A stretch of DNA of 35,701 bases from Tubiluchus corallicola. Its lineage: Eukaryota > Animalia > Priapulida. The notes below the pieces were generated by a model, which had not been told where the DNA came from, did no database searches, and saw nothing but the letters and a program-made list of their open reading frames with translations. Shown here piece by piece: positions 1-27,927 of the stretch (positions are counted from its first letter, which is position 1; each line of letters begins with the position of its first letter). Position numbers and translations under genes: made by a program. The stretch spans positions 1 to 35,701 of the forward strand of contig JAQGDQ010001536.1 of the NCBI GenBank assembly GCA_030141605.1, read 5' to 3'.

Positions 1-19
1 GAGAGGGGGGGGGGAGAGA

Positions 20-57
<38 letters not shown>

Positions 58-66
58 AGAGAGAGA
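1..66. repeat. (GA)n/G-rich microsatellite
   Basis: Direct inspection. Confidence 0.9.
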
Positions 67-421
67 TGATAATATGTCTTTATTAGCCTCTTTTTGTAGG
101 CAAAAATATCTGTACAGACATTATAGAATTTTACATAGACACTATACAGAGTGAATTCTAGAATATTACATTTACGGATTCCGTGATTAGCTTTTCTAAT
201 TTGTGCGTACAACATTTCTTACAGTGATATTAAACAAGAAGTATTAAAGTGCGTGCTAAAATCAAGGTTATTAATGCAGCAAGGTTCCTGTGAAGTAACA
301 TAAAAATGCAGATAAATTGATATACCAAATTATTAGATTCCAATTCAGTGTTTAAATCCACAAGAGTTCCAATCAGTAGTCTCAAGAACTACACAAATTT
401 AATTTACTATTTTACTAAAAA

Positions 422-700
422 TTAACAGCAGGATCTTAAAATAAAAGTGTCCTTTACAAAGTAGGTTAGTGCCGATATTAAATTTTCATTTTTGGTCCAA
501 TACACAAGATTTAAACTCTCATTTCCCAGTTCGTTTAGTAGTACATTTCGCCTGTCGACGTCGACTCGAGGACATCGGTATATCAAGTGTTCTGGATTCT
601 GGGCTTTGATACCACATTCACAAAGCTCAGCTCTAGCAAATCCAATATGACTCATCAACTCATTAAAATGTCTCTGTCCAGTCAACAACCTCACAGCTGC
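422..700 (-). mobile_element. 5'-truncated non-LTR retrotransposon, ORF2 C-terminal Cys/His zinc-knuckle region
   Basis: LLTGQRHFNELMSHIG...LCECG...QNPEHLIYRCP fits the LTG(H)..F...CxCG..Q..xHL..xCP tail typical of R1/I-group LINE ORF2; no RT domain upstream. Confidence 0.7.
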
Positions 701-1081
701 TACTTCTAGAATTAATGGACATGTGGAATTTTTTGTTTGTTTGTGGGTCGTTTTTCACAGAAATGGCAAATTTAATCTAGTACGTGCGAAGCATACATTA
801 TTATTCCGTTTTACCTAAAGCACTTTTCGACAACACTTTCTTCAACTTAAAGGACAAGAAAAGGGGGTACCTGACGTAGGTTTTAGAAAAATCTCCTTAA
901 AAAATTATATTACTTTTTAGCAATTTTATGCGTATATCTTATTCACACTGAAAGGAATTTTAGTTTGTCTTCATTTAAATCTCCCGCAATACTGTTCCGA
1001 AGTCGCCATTACATGACGTTTGTATAGTTTGCATAGAAATTGATACTCTCCAATTCAATAAGCCTCTTCATAGCTTCATTG

Positions 1082-1155
1082 TGCGCATGCGCAGTTACTG
1101 TAGTACAAAAATTAAGTGTACCACAGCAAGGCGTCAGCTATAACCATCACGTGAC
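1082..1155 (+). promoter_or_regulatory. Candidate promoter motifs: NRF1-type palindrome and E-box
   Basis: TGCGCATGCGCA at 1082-1093 and TCACGTGAC at 1147-1155, directly upstream of the putative first exon of the small + strand gene. Motif match only. Confidence 0.4.
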
Positions 1156-3303
1156 ATGTGGGTAAAGCAAATCCGTCTGCCATGTCAGTTTAATAACTTC
1201 AGTTGTTTTACGTGTACTTTACTTAACTCCATTAGTGATTTACTAGCAGGATCTTGCTTGGAAACAAGAAAAAATGAACTAGGTAAGGTTCTAAGTAGCT
1301 GTTAAAACTATTATGACTGGTATTACTAATACAACAGCATGCGCTGTGAGGCGTTGTCAAGTGTACACAAAAATGCGTTGTCTGGTACACTTTACCATGG
1401 ACCTTTTCACGATCATCATTAATCGCTGGAACTGTGAAAACGCTTATTTTTTTGTTTTTCAGAAGCTGACAAATTTATCAACAAGATGAATTCGATGAGT
1501 GATTTCAAACGCTACAAAAAAGGTCTTTCCGGCTCAATTAGGTATGTAGTCCAAGATTAACATCGGTTTGTAGAAGTAGCTTCGCTACGTTCAGTAGATA
1601 TCGTGTGTCGTTCAGTTGTTCATAGATGGCGGCACTGTCCTGTCAACAACAGAGGTTTCCTCTACTGTGTGAAAAGTAGCTATTATTGCCGACTGTAAAT
1701 AACAACCTACAACTACATAATAGAGACTATTATTACCCCACTTTTACCCTAAATACCACGCGTCAGGCAGGGCAACAGCAGGTACCATTTTTAAAGTCTT
1801 TGGTATGCCCCGGCAGCTGGTTCGAACTCACGACCTCCCAGACGGAAAGCAGACGCATTACCACTAGATTAAACCGTCTGGTCTGAGCTTGAAGAAAAAG
1901 AAGTATTTTGCAGAAATTGTAGACATTATAAAATTTATAAAAACCTTTCTGTTAGCTCCTCAATGATAAAAGTACTAAACAATAGTCTATAGATTTAATT
2001 TTAAGATTGATTATAATTTGCAGGCGTTTTGTAGTACGATCAATGCATTCTGTCAAGGCAATATAATAATACACTCGCATGGTCATTCTTCAACCTAGTC
2101 ACACTTGCATGGTCATTCTTCAACCTAGTCACACTCGCATGGTCATTCTTCAACCTAGTCACACTCGCATGGTCATTCTTCAACCTAGTCACACTTGCAT
2201 GGTCATTCTTCAACCTAGTCACACTCGCATGGTAATTCTTCAACCTAGTCACACTTGCATGGTCATTCTTCAACCTAGTCACACTTGCATGGCCATTTTT
2301 ATAATAATAATATAATTAATAAAATTCTTTATTACTGTTAAAATTACACGTCGACGAACTGCAAACTACATTCAAAAACTGATAGTGTAATCAGTGTGTC
2401 CACTGCTGTGAACAATAGTATTAAAATGAATTTACAAAAGAATCTACAATTAAAAACACAAGTGATATTATAAATAATTACAGTAAAACTTAAGATACAT
2501 TTAAGACTTTAAAACTTTACAATATTTACAAATTGAAATTCAAATTAGGTGCTTTATGGATGTTTTGTGTTAGTGACTTGAGTGTCTTGTGTGTGGTGGG
2601 TTTTAATTTGTTCATATGATGCTAATGCATGACAGGTTTTGGTATGCCACTAACTACAGACTACTGGGTCAACGTTGATAATACGTGTTGTTTGATGTTT
2701 TTATATTAGTTATTTTTTAAGCCTACTACAGTATTTTTCAATTCATTTTCCTCTAGCAACATTATCAAGCTCACAACTAAAATAATCCTCCATTATTAGA
2801 GATAAATTTGATGAGTTTCACAAGCGACTTACGGAAGCCAATCATGACCTAGACGTTGCTTTAGATATTGACAGTAACCTCCGCCTTCAAGAACTTGAAC
2901 GGATTCACAGATTGGAGAAGGAATTCAACGAAGTCGTCTACGTTGACGTCATGGAAAACGAAACCGATGCTGCTGCCACCATGCGACGATTAAGTGAAGC
3001 TCGGTGTCAAACTGCTTGTGACGAAGACGTAAGGTTATTTTCTTATTTTGTTACAAAATAAATTGTTGGAAAACTTGACGCAACAAAACTTACATTAGGT
3101 GTTTTTTATTTCAGACATGTTTCACGAGATCTGCAGCAGATGGCGCCAGTAGTGATTCGTATGGAACAATGAGCAACGATCTTAGCAATAAAGCAGAAGA
3201 TTCGGTGGAAATACAGGAAACAGAGAAAGAAATGAAAACTGGTTTTTTCGCTGGATTGCAGTGTTCGCTATGCTGTTTTAAGTTTAGCTTTCGAATTTGT
3301 TAG
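1156..3303 (+). CDS. Putative small 4-exon gene (~207 aa) with an MLKL N-terminal-domain-like segment and Cys-rich C-terminus; join(1156..1282,1463..1541,2800..3028,3115..3303)
   Basis: Three GT-AG introns with compatible phases 1, 2, 0 (donors GTAAGG 1283, GTATGT 1542, GTAAGG 3029; acceptors TTTTTCAG 1462, TATTAG 2799, TATTTCAG 3114) give one open frame ...ELEADKFINKMNSMSDFKRYKKGLSGSIRDKFDEFHKRLTEANHDLDVALDID...CSLCCFKFSFRIC*. First exon and start codon are the least certain. Confidence 0.6.
1690..1883 (-). mobile_element. tRNA-derived SINE in intron 2 of the small gene
   Basis: Minus strand has A-box-like TAATCTAGTGG and B-box GAGTTCGAACC (1819-1829), then CATACCAAAGACTTTAAAAATGGTACCTG, which from memory resembles the Meta/MESC SINE core. 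3' end not defined. Confidence 0.7.
2071..2292. repeat. 30-bp minisatellite, ~7.4 copies
   Basis: Unit ACACT(C/T)GCATGGTCATTCTTCAACCTAGTC head to tail, no spacers. Confidence 0.95.
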
Positions 3304-3380
3304 CAAATTTCACTGCAAATGTATAGCAATGGTAAGGTATTTTTGGTGGCAAAATTATGAAATGCCCAGGCTAGGAAGTA

Positions 3381-3751
3381 TAGGGTTGAGCACTCTCTAG
3401 CAGAAAGTGAATTCGAATCGAATTTCAGTATTTTCAATCCGAATCGCATTCGAATTGAGTTAGAAAAAATTTCGAACAAGTTTTCGAACCACTAGTAAAA
3501 AGTGGCCGTTCAAAGATCCTGCATATTACTTGATTTTGTTCTGCAGTAAAACCACTATTAGTTTGTTAAAAGTTTTGTACAGAAACTGCAGCTAAATTGT
3601 GCTAAGTGCATACCGTTTCAAACATTTTAGTGATAAGGAACGTGTGTGGCTGACGTGCTGAATTATTCGAACCTATAATTTTAGGTTCGAATCGAATTCG
3701 AACTTAAAAAACTCGTTCGAATCGAACTCGAACGTTCGATGCTCACCCCTA
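3381..3751. mobile_element. hAT-like MITE
   Basis: Termini TAGGGTTGAGCA and TGCTCACCCCTA (11/12 inverted match); subterminal TTCGAA clusters at both ends; CTAGGAA on both flanks as an imperfect TSD. Confidence 0.6.
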
Positions 3752-4051
3752 CTAGGAATTCCTTGCAAATTTTTATCATGTAACCACCTTTTAGCTAGCC
3801 AATTGAACTGTTATGCTATTATTTCAAACACGTCTTTTTCATAAAATCTCCGAGTTTTGGCTTTTTTCATTAAAAAGTGCAAGTCAATATTTTTGCTAGA
3901 TTTCAACTTCTTGCTGGGAAGCTGCAGCAGCAAAATAATGCTATTCCTGGGCGGTAGAATTCCTTTGTACTTACGTACCACTGTAGTATCCATTGTTATT
4001 AACAAGGCAGTGACAGATTTTTCATTGGGTAGGATTTTAGTTGGCCATATT

Positions 4052-5290
4052 GGAGAAGTATAGATTATTTTGTTTAATTTCCCTAAAAGATCCATTGTCA
4101 TTTAAATATTGAAGAAGTATAGATTATTTGGTTTAGTTTCCCTAAAAGATCCATTGTCATTTAAATATTGAAGAAGTATAGATTGTTTGGTTTAGTTTCC
4201 CTAAAAGAGCCATTGTCAATTAAATATTGAAGAAGTATAGATTATTTTGTTTAGTTTTCCTAAAAGATCCATTGTCATTTAAATATTGAAGAAGAATAGA
4301 TTATTTTGTTTAGTTTCCTTAAAAGATCCATTGTCATTTAAATATTGAAGAAGAATAGACTATTTGGTTTAGTTTCCTTAAAAGATCCATTGTCAATTAA
4401 ATATTGAAGAAGTATAGATTATTTTGTTTAGTTTTCCTAAAAGATCCATTGTCATATAAATATTGAAGAAGAATAGAATATTTGGTTTGTTTTGGTTTGT
4501 TTTTTGGGTTGTTTTGATTTAGTTTTCCTAAAGATCCATTGTCATATAAATATTGAAGAAGTATAGATTGTTTGGTTTAGTTTCCCTAAAAGATCCATTG
4601 TCAATTAAATATTGAAGAAGAATAGACTATTTGGTTTAGTTTCCTTAAAAGATCCATTGTCAATTAAATATTGAAGAAGTATAGATTATTTTGTTTAGTT
4701 TTCTTAAAAGATCCATTGTCATATAAATATTGAAGAAGAATAGAATATTTGGTTTAGTTTCCCTAAAAGGTCCATTGTCATATAAATATTGAAGAAGTAT
4801 AGAATATTTGATTTAGTTTTCCTAAAGATCCATTGTCATATAAATATTGAAGAAGTATAGATTGTTTGGTTTAGTTTCCCTAAAAGGTCCATTGTCATAT
4901 AAATATTGAAGAAGTATAGATTGTTTGGTTTAGTTTCCCTAAAAGGTCCATTGTCAATTAAATATTGAAGAAGTATAGATTATTTGGTTTAGTTTCCCTA
5001 AAAGGTCCATTGTCATATAAATATTGAAGAAGAATAGAATATTTGGTTTAGTTTCCCTAAAAGGTCCATTGTCATATAAATATTGAAGAAGTATAGAATA
5101 TTTGATTTAGTTTTCCTAAAGATCCATTGTCATATAAATATTGAAGAAGTATAGATTGTTTGGTTTAGTTTCCCTAAAAGGTCCATTGTCATATAAATAT
5201 TGAAGAAGTATAGATTGTTTGGTTTAGTTTCCCTAAAAGGTCCATTGTCAATTAAATATTGAAGAAGTATAGATGATTTGGTTTAGTTTG
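4052..5290. repeat. ~60-bp satellite array 1 (~20 units)
   Basis: Unit ~AAAAGATCCATTGTCATTTAAATATTGAAGAAGTATAGATTATTTGGTTTAGTTTCCCT. Confidence 0.95.
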
Positions 5291-5436
5291 GCCATTATTT
5301 CTGTTTAAACAGATGTTCTACTTATTCGATTGTTCATAAACACAGTGATGAAAATATATAGCTTAAGCAAATATAATCTATATAAAGTTTATTTTGTTAT
5401 TTTAAAATATCTTACACAATTCATATATTTATGTTC

Positions 5437-6124
5437 TTAGGCATTTGTTGTTTTCTGAGTTCCTGTCTGTCCCTTGTGGTCGCCAACTAGCTCCATACCT
5501 TCGTGAAGTTCCTCAGTGTCTGGTCCACCTTCGCCGTGACCACTGCCCACTCGTCCCAGATGACTAAGCTTCATTTTAGCAATTAGTCCTCCCAATACTA
5601 AGACAAACGCTGCACAGACGACTCCAGCAATGACAGGCACGTTGGCAGTGGTGGCCTTAGGGGTTTCTTTTGATTTGTCTTTTTCCTTCGTTCGTGTCTT
5701 CGCTTCTTTTTTGTTGTTGGCTTCGCTGTAGTCGTCGTCGTCATCGTCGTTGTTGTTGTCGTCGTTGTCGTCATTGTTGTTGTGGTCGTCGTTGTTGTCG
5801 TCGTTGTCATCGTCGTTGTTGTCGTTGGTGGTGTCGACACTCTTTGGAACCCTTGATTTCGATTTTTTATTTTCATCGTTGTTGGGGTTTCATGGGGCTG
5901 CTCTTGGATTCGACCTAGCCGAGCTTTTATAGGTAGTGTTATTGTTTTCATCGTCGTCGTCGTCGTCGTCGTCGTTGTTGTTGTTGTTGCCGTCTTTGAA
6001 GGTCTGCAATCAAAATCATCTAATGCAGCGTCATTAACTTTGGGTTTTTGGCAATCTATAACCGACTTGTACCAGTTCTCATTCTTGGTCCAGACTATCT
6101 GACAATCGCAGATAAGAGCGTTTC
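5437..6124 (-). pseudogene. Duplicate terminal exon 8b of the LRR receptor, frameshifted before the TM helix
   Basis: Near-identical to 6681..7369 at an offset of 1244 bp; intact acceptor TTTTAG at 6125 and AATAAA at 5393-5388; 688 nt versus 689 nt because a T-run at ~5680-5684 has 5 T rather than 6, moving the stop to 5598. Confidence 0.7.
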
Positions 6125-6533
6125 CTAAAAGATCCATTGTCAATTAAATATTGAAGAAGAATAGATTATTTGGTTTAGTTTTCCTAAAGATCCATTGTCA
6201 ATTAAATATTGAAGAAGTATAGATTATTTGGTTTAGTTTCCCTAAAAATCCATTGTCATTTAAATATTGAAGAAGTATAGATTGTTTGGTTTAGTTTCCC
6301 TAAAAGATCCATTGTCAATTAAATATTGAAGAAGTATAGACTATTTGGTTTAGTTTCCTGAAAAGATCCATTGTCAATTAAATATTGAAGAAGTATAGAT
6401 TATTTTGTTTAGTTTCCCTAAAAGGTCCATTGTCAATTAAATATTGAAGAAGTATAGATTATTTGGTTTAGTTTCCCTAAAAGGTCCATTGTCAATTAAA
6501 TATTGAAGAAGTATAGATGATTTGGTTTAGTTT
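6125..6533. repeat. ~60-bp satellite array 2 (~7 units)
   Basis: Same unit as array 1; lies between the two terminal exon copies. Confidence 0.95.
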
Positions 6534-6680
6534 GGCCATTATTTCTGTTTAAACAGATGTTCTACTTATTCGATTGTTCATACACGCAGTGATGAAAATA
6601 TATAGCTTAAGCAAATATAATCTATATAAAGTTTATTTTGTTATTTTAAAATATCTTACACAATTCATATATTTATGTTC

Positions 6681-23970
<17,290 letters not shown>

Positions 23971-24104
23971 GCTCCAAGCGCTTCGGTTGATTCTATGTGA
24001 CGGCCATTGGAGTCATGTTAGGCAGTTAACCGAGAGACCAACCAGTGCAAGTGTTCCAACATGCCTGCGTTGTGATCGTAAGCTGATGCGTCGTCGCAAG
24101 AATG

Positions 24105-24118
24105 GTTTCCATGGTAAC
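24105..24118. promoter_or_regulatory. RFX X-box upstream of gene A
   Basis: GTTTCCATGGTAAC matches GTTNCCATGGNAAC, ~135 bp upstream of the ATG. Confidence 0.55.
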
Positions 24119-24256
24119 TAACTTGCTAACTAAGTAAGAAAATGAATTACAGGCTTCTCAGCCTAGACAGCTGACCACAGATAGATTTGAATTAAGTTTT
24201 TGTATAACAGAAGACTGTCATTTAAACTGGCTTCAGCTCTAAACGCATTGCTTTAA

Positions 24257-24718
24257 CCCTTTCAGTCCCAAATTATTTTTTTAATAAGAAAAATGTTTTT
24301 TGGCTTGGTACTTTTGTTCAGTATGTCCATCTTGTTTACACATAATAATAATTTTTTTTCTACCTGTGCCCGCGTGCTAAATATAGCCTGTATCCCACGG
24401 GATACATTGGGATTCAATGGAAGCACAAAATGTGCTTCATTTTGCAACTGCTGATAATTTTTTAAAGTATTTAAGACATTTAGTATGCATGCTATGCTGA
24501 TTTGTACAAAGTCATCTCTAAAGTACTGTACCTTGTGCAGTTTTTTATGCTATGTAGATTTTCTAGTTTGACATTTTATCACCATTTTTAGTCTATTGTT
24601 ACTGGCTTAAATCAAAATAACTATTAACAGATCAAATAACTATCAGTTTTAAAATTTCATTAATTTTAAAGGCAGAAAATATTCTCGTATCCCACGGGAT
24701 ACAACGGGTATGAAAGGG
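24257..24718. mobile_element. piggyBac-type non-autonomous element (~460 bp)
   Basis: TTAA on both flanks; 13-bp TIRs CCCTTTCAGTCCC and GGGTATGAAAGGG (11/13); internal near-palindrome GTATCCCACGGGATAC twice. Confidence 0.85.
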
Positions 24719-24889
24719 TTAATAATTTAATTTATTTTGTATCAGCGTCCCTCGAATGCAAAATTGGCAAATCATGTCCTACTGTTTCTACATACCTTTG
24801 CCGTTTTTCTGATTTTTCCTTGCTTGTTCTTTCTTTTTCCACCTTCTACTTTCCGTATTTACATTTTGCTTATTCACACGTTTTCCCTT

Positions 24890-25155
24890 TCACTCATTCG
24901 TTCGTTTGTTCGTTTATTCGTTCATTCGTTCGTCCATTCATTCATTCATTTATTCATTCATTCATTCATTCATTCATTCATTCATTCATTCATTCATTCA
25001 TATATTCATTCATTCATTCATTCATTCATTCATTCATTCATTCATTCATTCATTCATTCATTCATTCATTCATTCACTCATTCTTTCGTTGATTCATTCA
25101 CTCATTCTTTCGTTGATTCATTCATTCATTCATTCATTCATTCATTCATTCATTC
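24890..25155. repeat. (ATTC)n microsatellite
   Basis: Direct inspection. Confidence 0.95.
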
Positions 25156-25659
25156 AAAACGTATAACCACTTTTTCAATGGTATAAAGGTAGTACGACTA
25201 TTTTACTTTATGTATTAATATTATCCACATGTGAAAAATTTATGAAAAGAATAATGAATGGACTATAAATTGTATTATTTTCTGCTACCCCAGTTTTTGT
25301 ATTATTCATTGTTTTTATAGTCAATAAACTATACTACTAGGATCACGTGTCTTCAAAATAACACAACGTACTTTTGTTGTAAATAATCTTCGTTTATAAA
25401 GATAAATAAATATCTGAAGATAAATGGCCCACGCACAAATTAGTGAAACAGTTAAAGTAAAAGTAAACAAACCACCAACTCCAATGCTGCTCTGGAGGTG
25501 ATGTTGTCATAAACGCCTCCAAGTTTGTACTGTGTTAGTGACGATGACGTCACAACATGGTTTTAAAAGAAAAAAAGAGATTCTTGGTGGGACGATAAAG
25601 ATTTTTTGTTTCCAAAAAATATGGTTGCTTCTATTTGGATGGAAGGAGATCCTAAGTAA

Positions 25660-25747
25660 GTTTGTTGTTGTGTTTGTTGTTTTGTTTTCGTTGTTGTTGT
25701 GTTTGTTGTGTTGTTGTTGTTGTTGTTGCTGCTGCTGCTGCTGCTGC

Positions 25748-25778
<31 letters not shown>

Positions 25779-25886
25779 ACTGTTGTTGTTTTTGCTGTTG
25801 CTGTTGCTGTTGTTGTTGTTGTTGCTGTTGCTGCTGCTGTTGTTGTTGTTGTTGTTGTTGCTGCTGCTGTTGTTGATGTTGTTGTT

Positions 25887-25917
<31 letters not shown>

Positions 25918-26270
25918 TTGTCATTGTTATTGTTTATGTTGTTGTTGTTGTTGTTGTTGTTGCTGCTGCTGCTGCTGCTGTTGTTGTTGTTGTTGTTGTT
26001 GTAGTTGTTGTTATTGTTATTGTAGTTGTTGCTGTTGTGTTTGTTGTGTTGTTGTTGTTTTTGTTGCTGCTGTTGTTGTTGTTGTTGTTGTTGTTGTTTT
26101 TGTTGTTGTGGTTGTTGTTGTTATTATTGTTGTTGTTGTTGTTGTTGCTGCTACTGCTGTTGTTGTTGTTGGTGTTACTGCTGCTGCTGTTGTTGTTGAT
26201 GTTGTTGTTGTTGCTGCTGCTGCTGTTGTTGTTGTTGTTGTTATTATTGTTATTATTATTCTTACTGTTA

Positions 26271-26322
<52 letters not shown>

Positions 26323-26323
26323 T

Positions 26324-26392
<69 letters not shown>

Positions 26393-26422
26393 GCTGCTGC
26401 TGCTGCTGCTGCTGTTATTGTT
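25660..26422. repeat. (GTT/GCT/ATT)n compound microsatellite
   Basis: Direct inspection; mirrors 30458-31130. Confidence 0.95.
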
Positions 26423-26668
26423 ATATCACCATCTTCAAAAAATATACGAATTAATTAGTTAAACTTTAAGTATGTTTTTATACATACCAATGGAAGGAAA
26501 GCAATAATACTGAGCATTTTAAAAGCTGTGTAGCAAATCAGAAATAAACGCTAATTTGAATGCAAAGAAATTAACAACAGAATCGTAAAAAATTTACATT
26601 TTCCATGGAATCATTTAATACATCTTTAAACTGGTTTCTTCACAGCACATATACGGCTATAGCTGCAA

Positions 26669-27167
26669 CTATGATTCAGTAGAGACTGTACTTGACCTTG
26701 AAACAAGACTTGAACTTTCTTCCGTGCTTACAGAAGACTCCTCACTTGTACTTGTTACTTCACTATCCAGTTCGCTCTCTTCTTCTTCTTCTTGCCTTCG
26801 CCGACTCTTTGCAAGGAGCACAAGGAGAACCAAGGCCAGAACGCCCATTAGTGCCCCGGCTCCCGCAATCATGGGAACTAGGTCCAATCCTGCCGTTTGA
26901 GGAGTGACCATAACTTCTACGAACTGGACAGTTGCATTCGCTTCGCTGGTCCTCGCTACTGTTGTATCACTAGCGTCTGCGTCGCTCACGTTTGCCAACG
27001 ACATGGTCGTCTCCTTCGTTGTAAATGTTTTATTATCTTTTGCTGTTGTTCTATTTTCTGCTGATGACGTGGTTGTATTGATTGTCATTGGTCCGCCGGC
27101 AGCCCTTTGTTCTGGGATGTCAAGCTGTTCGTCCGTCAAAAGGTTTTCACTCTTGTTACTTGTTGTT
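26669..27167 (-). pseudogene. Inverted partial copy of gene B terminal exon (stalk end, TM, tail)
   Basis: Matches 29712..30210 with a few substitutions (MTINTT/MTTNTT, SDADAS/SETDAS); starts at the junction, with no acceptor or ATG start of its own. Confidence 0.8.
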
Positions 27168-27469
27168 CATCGATGCAACGGATGTGGTGGCCATCGGGGA
27201 AAACGCTGTAAAAGCTCGCGTGGAATATCATCTTGTTGTGCAAGGCAACGAGGAGCTTACGTACATCCATCCCAGGGCCTTTGGCAACCAACAAGATTTG
27301 AGGTTTCTGGAGGTTGCGAATAATCCGTATTTGACAACTTTGCTGTTAGATTTTACTAAAAATCCAATGTTACACAGGTTGAAAGTCTGGCACAATCCCA
27401 TACAGAGAATGGACAGGCCTTTTTTCCATAAGAACATGTCTGTTGAAAAGATAACAATAGAGCTACTGG
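27166..27469 (+). pseudogene. Gene B: 5'-truncated LRR exon of a divergent paralog
   Basis: FIDATDVVAIGENAV...IHPRAFGNQQDLRFLEVANNPYLTTLLLDFTKNP...ITIELLG aligns with the second half of gene A modules; phase-1 donor G|GTGAGT at 27470; first half missing. Confidence 0.8.
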
Positions 27470-27517
27470 GTGAGTGGCAGCAATCCATCATAGCCATTAT
27501 TGTAATGGTAATAAATT

Positions 27518-27927
27518 GATGATGACAGTGATGATGATGATGATGATGATGGTGCTGGTGGTGGTAATGTGGTGGTGGTAATGTTGGGTGGTGGTGATGG
27601 TGATGATGGTGGTGGTGGTGGTGTTGGTGGTCGTGTGGTGGTGGTGTGGTGGTGGTGTGGTTTGTGGTGGTGATGGTGATGATGGTGGTGGTGGTGACGG
27701 TGGTGGTGTTGGTGGTGGTGGTGTTGGTGGTCGTGTGGTGGTGGTGTGGTGGTGGTGTGGTTTGTGGTGGTGATGGCGATGATGGTGGTGGTGTTGGTGT
27801 CGGTGGTGGTGGTGACGATGATGATAATGGTGGTGTTGGTGGTCGTGTAGGGGTGATGGTAGTGGTGGTGGTGGTGATGGTGGTGGTGGTGATGGTGGTG
27901 CATATATATATATATATATATATATAG
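27518..27927. repeat. (GGT/GAT)n low-complexity tract plus (AT)n
   Basis: Direct inspection; in the gene B intron. Confidence 0.9.

Noticed and set aside
1810-1883. tRNA gene
   Set aside because: A/B boxes are present but no convincing acceptor stem, and it continues into a SINE core.
2071-2292. CRISPR-like 30-bp repeat and ORFs 2040..2282, 2079..2315
   Set aside because: Units are contiguous with no unique spacers, there are no cas genes and the context is eukaryotic; the ORFs are repeat translations.
2757-2799. Alternative acceptor TTTTCCTCTAG at 2756 for the small gene
   Set aside because: Adds 43 nt and gives an in-frame TAG at 2797-2799; the 2799 acceptor keeps the frame.
3811-4101. 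ORF starting MTMDLLG as a third terminal exon
   Set aside because: The start comes from the satellite unit; nothing downstream resembles NALICDC, stalk or TM.
27082-27519. 145-aa ORF as an intact gene
   Set aside because: Crosses the inversion junction; the first ~28 aa are antisense gene B sequence and the end is intron read-through.
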